DNA of 64,000 nt, taken from NCBI GenBank assembly GCA_951406725.2, contig OX597822.1, forward strand, positions 118,730,001-118,794,000, given 5' to 3'. The notes below the pieces were generated by a model. That model saw only the letters and a program-made list of their open reading frames with translations. It did no database searches and was not told where the DNA came from. Both the position numbers and the translations under genes were made by a program. This document shows, in pieces, positions 25,964 to 38,420 of this stretch. Source of the stretch: Octopus vulgaris. Its lineage: Eukaryota. Numbering within the stretch: position 1 is the stretch's first letter; each line of letters opens with the position of its first letter.

Positions 25964-28564
25964 GTGTGTATTATCTTTCTCTATCATCTGTCTGATTGTC
26001 TCTCTCTCTCTCTCTGTTATATTACCGTCATAATTAGATTGTTGAAATATTTCCAATTTTGGCAGCTATTTCAATATCATTACTTTTGTGTCTGCTTTCC
26101 TATGCATCCAATCATAGAAACCAAGCCAAATCAGACTGGAGCTTGGTGCAGCTCTCTGGCTTACCAGTTCCAGTCAAACGGTCTAACCTATGCCTATTTC
26201 TTTACTACCCACAAGGGGCTAAACAAGGAGAGGACAAACAAGGACAGACAAACGGATTAAGTCAGATATATCGACCCCAGTGCGTAACTGGTATTTATTT
26301 AATCGACCCTGAAAGGATGAAAGGCAAAGTCGACCTCGGCAGAATTTGAACTCAGAACGTAGTGGCAAACGAAATACACTTAAGCATTTCGTCCGGCGTG
26401 CTAACTATTCTGCCAGCTCGCCGCCTTAAAAACGGTCTAACCTATGCCAGCATGGAAAGCAGGTGCTAAATGATGATGATGATGATGATGTTTGTTCATG
26501 GCTAAAAACTTCATTTATAGTTGCTTCATTTGTAATGGTTCCACGTCCTGGTACAAACCCAAACTGCATCCCGTCCAAAGTGGTTCTTTCCCTAATAAAC
26601 TTTGTTACTTTTCTGCCTTGGTCAGTCAATGGTCAGTTCATGATGCCACTGTTATGCCAGTTATTAGTGCGGCATAACACATCACATCATGAACTGATTG
26701 ATCCAAACCAACGAGGACATTTCTTTGCAGGGTCTTGACATGTTAGAAATAGCAGACAAATTTTTGTCAAATCACACCCTGTAAATTAGTTAAAACAAAC
26801 CAGTAACGAGTTGATTCTGAGTTGATATATTTAATTTACCTTGACTGCAATATTGCACCTGGTACAATCAAACATTGTATTATAGTTTCAATAACCAGAT
26901 TAAGGTATAATATGATAACATAAGGATGCTGGACATTTGTAGTAGGGGGCTAAGAGCACAATCCAAGCGTGATCGTTGCCAGAGCAGCTAACTGGCTTCT
27001 GTGCTGGTGGCACATAAAAGGCACCATTCGAGCGTGATCGTTACCAGCGTCACCTTATTGGCACATGTAAAAACATTCGAGCGAGGTCGTTGCCAGTACC
27101 GCCTGACTGGCCCCCGTGCCGGTGGCATGTAAAAGCACCCACTACACTCTTGGAGTGGTTGGCGTTAGGAAGGGCATCCAGCTGTAGAAACTCTGCCAGG
27201 TCAAGATTGAAGCCTGGTGCAGCCATCTGGTTCACCAACCCTCAGTCAAATCATCCAACCCATGCTAGCATGGAAAGCGGACATTAAATGATGATGATGA
27301 TGAACAAGCATTTACTTTGATACCTTCACATTAAAGATCTGCTTAGCTGATAGTATTTTACATTCAAAAGATTAATTCTGATATAACATATTCTGAAAAG
27401 ACTGACACACTACTGGTACATTGTTTCTAGCCTTTATATATTCCCCACCTCATCACCCCCATGTCTCACTGAGACCCCCTTCGGTCACGACACAGACCAT
27501 GGGATTGCACCTAGAAAGTTACCTTCCCAGGCACAAGTCCGGGCAAGGTTGTTTTATGGAAGACCAGCAGTCACCCATGCACACCAGCCTCCCCTCTCCA
27601 CACCACTGATGTTATCCAAGGGAAAGGCAAAGGGGCCGATACAACTTGGCACCAGGGACATCGCAACTCATTTCTACAGCTGAGTGAACTGGAGCAACTT
27701 GAAATAATGTGTCTTGCTCAAGAACACAACATGCAGCCCGGTCCAGGATTTGAGCTCACAACCTTACGATCGTAAGCTTGACGCTCTAACCACTGAGCCA
27801 TGCGCCTTCAACATGTCTCACTACTATGCAATATTGTACTTTGTACAGGAAGATGGTATTATGCTTCTCCTGTACTTTTCTGGATCACAAAAATAAAGCT
27901 GTAAACTTTGTTGCTTTGTGAAAAACATTTCGCAAATTGATGAAAGTGGAAGCAACTTGTGGAAGAGGGAGACCTAGGAAGACATGGGATGAAGTATTGA
28001 AGGCCAATCTTAAGATCTTGAGCCTCATGAAAGAGATGACAAAGGACTGAGATATCTGGTGTCTTTCTGTATTCAATAAGACCTGTCTGTCAAGCAGAAT
28101 TGATACACCTGTGCAGGTGCCACATAAAAAGCACCCAGTACAAAACTATGGAGTGATTGGTGTTAGGAAGTAGGAGTGATTGGTGTAGAAACCATGCCAG
28201 AACAGACAAAGGAGTTTAGTGTGCCACCCCACTTACCAGCTCTGGTCAAACTGTCCAACCCATGCCAGCATGGAAAGCAGAAATTAAATGATGATGATGA
28301 TGATCTCATCCAATAGAATGTTAGATTTAATGAAATTGTTAATATTTCTACGAAGAGGTTCCACTAGTGAAAATGGTTTAGTGGATGGACATGTCTTATG
28401 TTTTGCTTACTGTTGTAGAAATGGAAGCAGGCGTTTAAGAAGGAAGATGACCAGTTTTTGTTATTCAACAACCAGAGCTATTCATTTGTCTTCAGTAGTA
28501 TATATTCTAAAATTGAGAAAATACAAAGAAGATTAACATGAGCCTAATCAAGGATCGCATACAA

Positions 28565-29900
28565 ATTTATGATAATGAAATTATTGTGTGTAGTGCTCAG
28601 GTGTACTACAACTCATTAAAGGTGTGTGTTCAGTACATATAATTATGTACAAAAATCAGGAAAGTGAACAGGGTATGAGTCATTATATACATGTGTGCGT
28701 GCGTACGGAGAGGGGGTGGATATCAGGTGAAGTGTTGGCAAATTTCAGGAAGCATGGAAGTTTTAAAGGATGCAATGTTTCAGCAACTAACAACTGATGC
28801 AGGTAGTTTGTTCCATGCTTTTGTGATGCTGAGTGTGAGAAAGTGTTTCGAAAGTCATGGGAGCTATGGTGTTTTCTAACTTTGTAGACATGCCCACGTG
28901 TGTTCGATACATGGAGCTCAAAAAGGTGCTCAAGGTGGTTGTTGGCATGACGGTTAATAATTTTGTGGGTGTTTACCAAGTCAGTAGCCAAATGTCGGAT
29001 CTTCAGTGTATCTATGCCCAGAGAAGCAAGGCATTAGGAGTATGGTAGTTGCCTGATGGAGGGTATTCGCTTGGTTGCACATCTCTGAACAGTTTCCAGA
29101 AGGTCGATGTCCTGAGCAAGATAGGGGTTCCAGCCTGGTGATGCAAATTCCGAGTGTGGCTGCACCATAACCATATACAGCCTTAAATAGATAGCTGGAG
29201 AGTGGCTGACAAAGGCCTGGCTGAGTGATGCCAAGACACCCTCGGCCTCCTTGACAATTTTAGAGATGTGCTTTGTCCAGCACAAATCGCTGCTGACAGT
29301 AATGCCCAGGTCATGTTCACAAGAAGACTTCTTGATATCAGTGTTGTGGAGAGAGTATGTGGATATTGGGTTTTCCCTCCCAGAATGCATGGTGGTACAC
29401 TTGTCCACAGCCAGCCTGAGTTGCCAGTCCATGATCCATTGTTGCATTGTGTCCAGGTTCATTTGCCGGAAAGATATGTAATGTTCAGGATCTGCCCTTT
29501 TTATCTCAAGATACAGCTTGGTGTCATCTGCGTATTTCAGCACTGTGGCATTCTTTAAGTTGGCATCTATCTCATCAATGTCTACAACAAACAAAAGGGG
29601 ACCAAGAACAAATCCTTGCAGTACACCAGATGACATCTCATAGAGTGAAGAATGCTGTCCTAGAACCACAACTACCTCTTTTTGGCTGAGAACGAAGGAC
29701 TCCAACCAGTTAAAAAGATTATCTTTCACACTCATTGCAGAGAGTTTTGCCATAAGACTTTTGTGTGGCACAGAATTAAAAGCTTTAGCAAAGTCATGGT
29801 AAACAACATCCACCCATGAGCTGCCATCAGTGACCCAGGTGATGTCTTCTAGAAACATGACAAGTTGATCACAGCAGCTGGAGTTGGGGTTAAATCCAAA
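28565..29900 (-). mobile_element. 5'-truncated CR1-clade LINE (RT domain, degenerate)
   Basis: DFAKAFNSVPH, SGVLQGFVLGPLLF, KYADDTK and ETVQRCATKRI in ORF 29034-29948. Its 3' UTR matches fragments at 40057-40345 and 40385-40665. Confidence 0.88.
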
Positions 29901-31879
29901 TTGCGAGGGCCAGTGTTCCATATATTTTTTTATATTCTGAATCAACAAAGTAGCTTCAGACTTCTGAAACTACCTGCCTTAAATCTCACCACTGCCACCA
30001 TCATTGTCATTTTAACGTCCACTTTTCCCTGTTCATTTGGATTGGACAGCTGTTTACTGCGGCCAGATGCTCTTACCTGTTTCCAAGCTAGGTAATATTT
30101 TCACCATGGTCAAACATGTTTTCACAGAATACTAGAAATAAATGACATTCGTTTACAACAACCATGCAATGTCAAGATAAGGAGATACAAATATACACAC
30201 TCAATCACTTACTCATGCACACACGCGCGCGATGGGTTTCTTTTAGTTTCTGTCTATCAAATCCATCCACAAGCCTTTAGTCAACCCAGTGCTGTAGTAG
30301 AAAACTCCTGTCCAAGGCACTGTGCAGTAGGACTGAACCTGGAACCATGTGGTTGGGAAGCAACCTTCATAAGCCATACAGCATGCCTCCACCAATCATT
30401 TCTTACAAAAAAAAAAAGAAAGACAAGTGCAGATTAGATATTGTACTATTGTGTTTGAAAAACAAAAACAGAAATTACCGTATGGTCACAGCTATAAAGC
30501 TTTTCTTTATAGGTTAGCTTAAACAGGACGTAACAGGAGCTAAAACACCGTGAACAACAGTAAACTGTTGATTGTAAGAAAATATGCAAATTATGGGGAA
30601 ACAATTCCACCAATGTAAGTGTCCATTAGTGTTGAAATTATTGTGTCTCGAATCATTATTGATTTTACCGAACCTGTTTATAAATCTTCCCTTTCTGAAT
30701 TTGTCGTAGTTGAATGAGTAGAATCTGAAGCATTGACTTACATAGAGTTTTGCCCCGTGTTTGCCCATTTCCCTTTCCATTTCCAGTAGAAATGTTTGAC
30801 CTGATTCTAACCAAAATATTTAACAAGTAAAAAACAAAAGTAAATTTTCCTCAACACCTGTAGTTAGTAATTGAATGTATTTTGCACTACTATTATATAT
30901 ATATTAACACTTATCTACTAGAAGTTCAGAAATTGTGATGGTATGTACTTATGTGTGTCTTTTTGTGTGGACATATTCTTTAAAACACTGTGGGACTTTT
31001 TAAATATTTGTTTGTGTATAACCCATAACTCACCATCTGTGCTAACATTTTGAATACAGAACAAGATTGTGTATTTAATAAATAAAAAAACTTGCCGAGA
31101 AAAGAATTGCCTTAGATTTTTATTTTATTTTACTTTGTAAGCAAGGATTAAAATTTTAACTTTCTGAATTTAGTAGTTTCTAAGACAGTAAAGCCGTTAG
31201 TTGACTTAATTAGGTAAACGACTGTGACAGTGACAAATAATATATTTGTTGTATGAACGGAATCGTGATAAGGGTGATGTAAATGGTGCATGACACGTAA
31301 CCTCATTAGTGCCAGGTGCCACGAAAAAGCTCTCAGAACACTCTGTGAAGTGGTTGGCATTAGGAAGAACATCAAGCCATAGAAACCATGCCTAAGTAGA
31401 CATTGCAGATTGATGCACACCCCTTGCATATATCCTGTGGAACCTTCCAACCCATAGCAGCATGGGAAATGGATGTTAAATGATGATGATGTAATTGGTT
31501 TTAAATTTTGGCACAAGGCCAGCAAGTTTGGGGGAGGGGGTTAAGTTGATTACATTGACCCCCAGTACTCCACTGGTACTTATTGACCCTGAAAGGATGA
31601 AAGACAAAGTTGACCCTATTGGAATTTGAACTCAGAAAGTAAAGACAGGTGAAATGGCACTAAGCATTCTGCCTAGTGCTCTAACGATTCTGCCGGCTTA
31701 CTGCCTTTGATGATGATGTAATTGAAACACAGCTAACGCTAATTATCGAACCCTCCCTAAGTAATTCATATCTCCTACTTCTTTTTCTTGTTCTAATCTT
31801 CTTTCTGATGTAATGAAATACAAAATGCATGAAGTTGTCTTCTATCTGATGTATTGCTGTCTTACAATATATCTTTATA

Positions 31880-32379
31880 TCTTTATATATAAAAGTGAGG
31901 TTGTGTGCTGTCTGTCTCCTACGATTTAGATTCCTAACTACTCCCACATTTTGCGGTGCAGTTTAACCAAAACCGGGTATCTTATAGTCGTGATTCATAT
32001 CGAGCCCTTCTGTGTATTAGCGCGCGTCTACGATGAGTCTACGATTTAAAAAAAAATTTACCATCATTTTTTTCCATTTTAATGCATTTTTTCGCTATTA
32101 TACAAGGGAAGTAACTCTCTAAAAATGTCTACAATGAGTCAACGATTTAAAAAAAAATTTACCATATTTTTTTTCCATTTTAATGCATTTTTTGCTATTA
32201 TATAAGGGAAGTAACTCTAAAAATGTCTACGATGAGTCAACGATTTAAAAAAAAATTTACCATAATTTTTTTTTTCCATTTTTAATGCATTTTTTGCTAT
32301 TTTTTGGCTATAACTCTCTAAAAATGCTTATATAGTTATTTCCCTTAGAAACCCGAGCAACGCCGGGTGATACTGCTAG
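31880..32379 (+). mobile_element. Non-autonomous Helitron with internal ~90-bp tandem repeats
   Basis: TC...CCCGAGCAACGCCGGG...CTAG termini shared with 19199-19712. Confidence 0.75.
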
Positions 32380-32548
32380 TATCCTTATATATAGATAATG
32401 TGCATGTATATCAGCTGGCCTCAGTGTCCAGCAAAGGAGCCGCTTCTGTTAGGCCACTCAGCTTTATAAGAAGTCCTCTTTGTCTCTTTGAATCATTTAT
32501 TCTAAATCTCAGCTGATTTGTGCTTCTCTGTTTTCTTGCTCATTTCAG

Positions 32549-32690
32549 GGTGGTGTGTGTGTAGACTTGAGCAAAATGACAGAAATCCTTGACCTACACC
32601 AAGAGGACTTTGATGTAACAGTTGAGTGTGGAGTTACTCGTAGAACATTAAACTCTTACCTAAGAGATACTGGGCTTTGGTTCCCGATTG
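32549..32690 (+). CDS. LDHD: LDHD exon 4
   Basis: TTTCAG| [47 protein letters not shown](D) |GTTTGT; 142 nt, phase 0 to 1. Confidence 0.95.
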
Positions 32691-33848
32691 GTTTGTAAAA
32701 TTGCTCTGAGTATTTCAATTCATGTTGCTAGTTTCATGAGTAAAACATTGATACATTTCATTATCATCATATTTCAATAATAATAATAATAATAATCCTT
32801 TCTACTTAAGGCACAAGGCCTGAAATTTTGTGTGTGGGGACCAATCGATTACATTGATACCAGTGCTCAACTGGAGCTTATTTTATTGACCCCAAAAAGA
32901 GGAAAGGCAAAGTCAACCTTGGTGGAATTTGAACTCATCACGTAAACATGAATGGAATACCACTAAGCTTTTTGAATAGTAAGAATAATGAAGTTAAAAT
33001 GAAAAGAATGGTTCCCAGTTTTATGAAAAAAAAAATTTTTTAACTGGAGAATGGTTGTGGTACTTTTTAGTGATTGTTTATCTATTAAACGACTCATTCG
33101 GTATGTATATTTGGGTATTGGCATGAGTTATTAGAGCAAGTAGTTTACAGGGCATCAAAATGCCTTTGAAGAAGGGCTCAGCCCAACATATCAGAATTAC
33201 ATCACTACACAACACATAAACGTCTCCACAAAATATTGCAAATATTTTGGTTAATAACTCAATAGCTCTCAGAATTCTGGGAAGGGATTTTCGTAATATG
33301 ATGGCATGCCTTGAACATTACAACTACTTATGACATCAGACTAACCTTCAAGACTTCATATTAGAACTTAAACTCATCATTTGAAACTAACAAATTTACC
33401 TTTTCTATAGTTTTCTTACAGTTATGAATTTTACAGATTGATTTTATCTACTCAAACTAATCAACTGACCGGTATCTTACATTAGCTGGAATATAAGTCT
33501 ATTTTTAAAATGGCTATTGAAGTTTATTTTATTTTGAATATATTTTCTCTCTGTTTTAAGACAGTATTACTCCTAGTGGATGTTGGAAAGTTCTTGGCTT
33601 TGGGTAAAAGAAAATACTAGGAGGATCAGTTATGATTTTATTCAACATATTCCCCTCCCAGGTTCATACACTTATTGCAGTTGTCCTTCAGTTTTCCTAA
33701 GCCCTGTGAAAGAACTCAGAAAGTTGGGTCACCAACCGGGCCTTTCACGAAACCCTTAAAACCAGGAACTTTTCAGTTACCCCTCATATTTTATTTTTGC
33801 TCTTGAATTCCCTAGTAAATACTTTTACATCGTACACATTGTTTTCAG

Positions 33849-34008
33849 ATCCTGGTGCCGATGCATCCTTGTGTGGAATGTGTGCTACAAGTGCTTCTGG
33901 TACAAATGCCGTCCGTTATGGCACCATGAGAGAGAATGTCCTGAACTTGGAAGTGGTCTTAGCTGACGGCCGAATCGTCAACACAGCTGGGAAACAGAGA
34001 CGCATGAA
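33849..34008 (+). CDS. LDHD: LDHD exon 5
   Basis: TTTTCAG| [53 protein letters not shown](K) |GTATGA; 160 nt, phase 1 to 2. Confidence 0.97.
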
Positions 34009-34346
34009 GTATGAAATGTTTGTCATTTGCAGTTATGTGAATCTAGTCCACTGTTTATGAACTGTAGATTATTATCATTATTATTATTATTATTATTATT
34101 ATTGTTACTTATTGTTATTCTGAGATGATGGAAATCATTCGCACACCGGACATAATGCTTAGTGGCATTTCATCCGTTTTTATGCTCTGAGTTCAATTTC
34201 TGCTAAAGTCAACTTTGCCTTTTATCCTTTTGGGGGTTGATAAAATAAGTACCAGTGGTGCACTGGGGTTGATGCAATTGGTTAGCTCCCCCAACACCTA
34301 AAAAGTTTCAGGCCTTGTGTCTATTGTAGAAAGGATTGTTGTCATC

Positions 34347-34378
<32 letters not shown>

Positions 34379-35747
34379 CATAATCATTATCATTATTATT
34401 ATCATTATCATCATCATTATTATTATTAAGTTGGCGAGCTGGCCGAATCATTATGATGCTGGGCAAATATGCTTAGCAGCATTCCGTTTGTCTTTATGTT
34501 CTGAGTTCAAATTCCGCTGAGGATGACTTTGCCTTTCATCCTTTCAGGTTCACTAAATTAAGTACCAGTTAAACACTGGAGTTGATGCAATTCACTAGCT
34601 CCCCCTCCCCTTCACTCTTAAAAATGTTCAGGCCTTGTGCCTATACTAGAAAAAAATTTATCATTATTAAGGTAGTGAAGTGGCAGAATTGTTAGCATGC
34701 TGGGATAAAAAGCATCTGTTTTTACATTATGAGTTCAAATTCTGCTGAGGTCAACTTTGTCTTTCATTCTTTCGGGGTTGATGAATTAAATACCTATTTC
34801 TTTACTACCCACAAGGGGCTAAACACAGAAGACAAACAAGGACAGACAAATGGATCAAGTCGATTATATCGACTCCAGTGCGTAACTGGTACTTAATTTA
34901 TCGACCCCAAAAGGATGAAAGGCAAAGTTGACCTCGGCGGAATTTGAACTCAGAACGTAACAGCAGACGAAATACGGCTACGCTTTTCGCCCCGGTTTGC
35001 TAACGATTCTGCCAGCTCGCCACCTTTATTAAATACCAGTGAAACACTGGAGTCATGTAATCAACTTGTCCCCCCCCCCAAATTTCATGTCTTGTGCCTA
35101 TAAGTGAAAGGATTATTATTGTATTATTGTCATTAGTTCAGTTTGCAATTCTGCTGTCACTATAATCAGTAGAGCACCAGTCATGAATCTAAGTTAATTC
35201 CGTCACCTGCTGTTGTTTCTTCTTCTCAGTTTTTCTCTCAATGCATTTATGGTATAGTGTTCATGCACACTTGCATCGTGCATCTAACAGTGTGTGCTCA
35301 CTTCATTCCTTTCTAGTTTTCTCTGGTCTTCTACATCCAAGGGTCTGTAGCATCATAGTTCTAACACAAGAGTCATACAAACTGTCCTTCACTCTGAGGG
35401 AAAAGACTTTCGTTACCAATATGTGTGGACCTGAAATTGAGACAAAAAATTAAGTCTTCGTATTAATGATTACTAGGGCTGCGAGCTGGCAGAATCATTA
35501 GCACCCAGGGCGAAATGCTTTGCAGCATATAATCAGTGTTTACATTCTGAGATTCTAAGTTCAAATTCTGCCGAGGTCAACTTTGCCTTTCATCCTTTCA
35601 GGGTCGATAAAATAAGTACCAGTTGAACACTGGGGTTGATGTAATCAACTTATCCCCTCGCCCGAAATTGCTGGCCTCGTGCCAAAATTTGAAGCCATAT
35701 TAGTGATTACTTACATATACACTCACATGCAACCATACATGTGCATA

Positions 35748-36213
35748 CCGTAAATCTTCAAGTATAGTCCGCCCTTGAGTATAATACGCAGGGGTTTTTA
35801 GGGGGCTGTACTTCTGAAAAACCTAAACCTTGTGTATAATACAGTTGAGTCGTGCGTAATTAAGCCAGCAGCACCTAGTCGAACAAGCACTTCCGCGCAT
35901 GCGTAATACAATAATGGTGATGTTCTTAACTGTTGTATGGGAATGTAAATATGTTTGCAAATTGTTTTTGTTACATGTTATTCTGTTCTGAATACTTTTA
36001 TTTTAATAAATGTTGCTTACTGCAAGTTATGGGTGATTCTTTTATGACTTCATTGCTTTCAGGCTTAGCTTAAGGTATTTTCGCGCCCGACATCACAAAA
36101 TACATCTGAATAAACATAGCCAGACAGCAAATAGAGACTCGGACATTGCTTAGAAAATATTTTGACCTTTAAATTTTGGGGAAAAAATGCAGCTTATACT
36201 TGAAGATTTATGG
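35748..36213. mobile_element. Tc1/pogo-type MITE with TA target duplication
   Basis: TA-CCGTAAATCTTCAAGTATA ... TATACTTGAAGATTTATGG-TA. The flanks are contiguous in the inverted paralogue at ~21900-22030 (empty site). Confidence 0.8.
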
Positions 36214-36377
36214 TACACTCATTCATATACACTGGTTAATAACCACATACTTCTTTACATTTTACTTGGATGAACTCTTTCCATTGTTGCCAGAAGCTGT
36301 ACATATTTTCTTGGCTTTGTCTATACTTTGTTTGCAACTCTGCCATTTGTCAAAAATTATTCCTTATTTTTTTCCAG

Positions 36378-36483
36378 AAAGACATCTGCTGGTTACAACC
36401 TAACAAATTTGTTTATTGGAAGTGAAGGAACTCTGGGAATTATCACAAAAGCTACTTTGAAATTGTATGGACAACCTGAAAAG
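36378..36483 (+). CDS. LDHD: LDHD exon 6
   Basis: TTTCCAG| [35 protein letters not shown] |GTAAGC; 106 nt, phase 2 to 0. Confidence 0.97.
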
Positions 36484-36902
36484 GTAAGCTAGTATCAGAT
36501 CATCATCATCATCGTCATCATCATTACTGTTTTAATGTTCACTTTTTGCAGACAAGGCTTATTGAAGCAAATTTTTATAAAGCCGAATGTGCTTCCTGTC
36601 ATCAATACCTACTTGTTTCCAAGTAAGGTACTACTCCCCCATGGTTTGCACAACAAACAGCTCAGAGGCCATACCTGTTTTTACAGTTAACGTCGGCAAA
36701 GAAGCTGTTTTTAGTTTATGCAATGTCCTGGCTGTCACTGTTTACACATCTTGCACGCAGGGTCAAGATAACAGGAATAAGCAGTCACACATGCCACATA
36801 TTTATGGCACATATTCCCCCTCTCAGATTCACACACTCATTGCAGTGGTCCTTCAGTTTTCCTAATCCTTGTAAAAGAACTCAGAAGGTTGGGCTTTGCA
36901 GT

Positions 36903-37084
36903 TGATGACTTTGTAGTGTGGTATTCCCATAGCAAGAATAGGTACATATACAAAATTTGTCATTCTCAAGAATTGACAAATTATTCCTTATTTTTTCCAG
37001 AAGGACATCTGCTGGTTATAACCTAACAAATCTGTTTATTGGAAGTGAAGGATCTCTGGGGACTGTTACAAAAGCTACTTTGAA
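36903..37084 (+). pseudogene. Degenerate duplicate LDHD exon fragments (exon 7 3' part, then exon 6 5' part)
   Basis: 36903-36941 copies the exon 7 end with a CAG>TAG stop and keeps its donor. 37001-37084 copies exon 6 ([27 protein letters not shown]) with its acceptor but no donor. Confidence 0.85.
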
Positions 37085-37306
37085 TGCAAAGCACTCAGGC
37101 TTCATATAGTTTCCCTCCTCCCCCCCACTTCCCATCTCTGTAACACTTTCATCCTCCCAGCTTTCTACATTTTGTTCCTCTTCCCTTGCACAGTTACTTA
37201 GCCTCTCACTTTTTAGAATCCTCTCTCTTACTTTCTCTCTCTCTCTCTCTCTCTCTCATGTCTCTCTCATTTCCTCTCCTATTATAACTCTAATCTAACA
37301 CACACA

Positions 37307-37337
<31 letters not shown>

Positions 37338-37577
37338 ATTTTAGTATTAAACAGACCCCTGTTATCACCACCATTTGCCATTATCATCTGTCATTTTTAT
37401 TTTCTTTTTTTCTCTTGTTTTCTTTGTTTTTCTTCCGTGTCTCTTTATCTCTTTATTGATTCCACTATATCCGCCTCTTTTTTTCTCTCCCTCTCTCATA
37501 TCCTATTTTCTTTAACGTTTACTCTCACTGTACTTTTATATTTTATTATTTGTTTGTCTATCACTCTCTCTCTTTCA

Positions 37578-37634
<57 letters not shown>

Positions 37635-37787
37635 ACCATTTGCTTATCAATTATCAACGTCACTTATGCTGCCTCTACGACTAACATAACTACCGTTGTT
37701 TTGCTATCTCTGAGTTATCTCCCTTAGCATGCCACAAACCATTGCTAGGTATTGGTATATATACATATATATATATATATACATATG

Positions 37788-37854
<67 letters not shown>

Positions 37855-38326
37855 GTATATATATATATATGTATATATACATATACATATGTATATATAT
37901 ATATATATGTATAGATGTATATATACATATACATATGTATATATATATATAGATAGATAGATAGATTACTGATATACTACAATAGCAAACTGGTCCATTA
38001 TATTTTTATGTGTATCACTGTCATATTGTGATATTCACTTAGCTGGTGAGGATACCAAATCTGCTCACAAAACTTTGGTCGGTGGCAAGGCAGTAACAGA
38101 AGATACTGCCCCACTGTGGGACTGAACTCAAAACCCTGTGGTTAGGAAGTAAACTTTTTAACCACACAGCTACACCTGCACCCTTTTTATGTATATTTAA
38201 GTATATTATTGCTTAAAAGTGATAGCAACATAACCACGATATGTTTATAAATATTACTACTATACTGTAATAGTATTCTAAAACGTGATGCAGTATCTCT
38301 CTATATATTCCTGTTTCCCATTGCAG

Positions 38327-38420
38327 ACTATTTCGGCTGTTTGCCATTTTCCCTCTGTGCAAGCGGCAGTAGACACGACAGTGATGACTTTGCAGTGTGG
38401 TATTCCCATTGCAAGAATAG
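38327..38420 (+). CDS. LDHD: LDHD exon 7
   Basis: TTGCAG| TISAVCHFPSVQAAVDTTVMTLQCGIPIARI(E) |GTACGT; 94 nt, phase 0 to 1. Confidence 0.96.

Noticed and set aside
34317-34520. Poly-Ile, poly-Tyr, poly-Asn and YI-repeat ORFs (also 12598-13042, 14896-15235, 37704-37960, 43732-44199, 48863-49282)
   Set aside because: These are translations of (ATT)n, (TA)n and (TCTA)n microsatellites.
37001-37112. Second mutually exclusive exon (6b)
   Set aside because: It is truncated before the donor and runs into a stop. Unlike 11a/11b it cannot rejoin exon 7 in frame.
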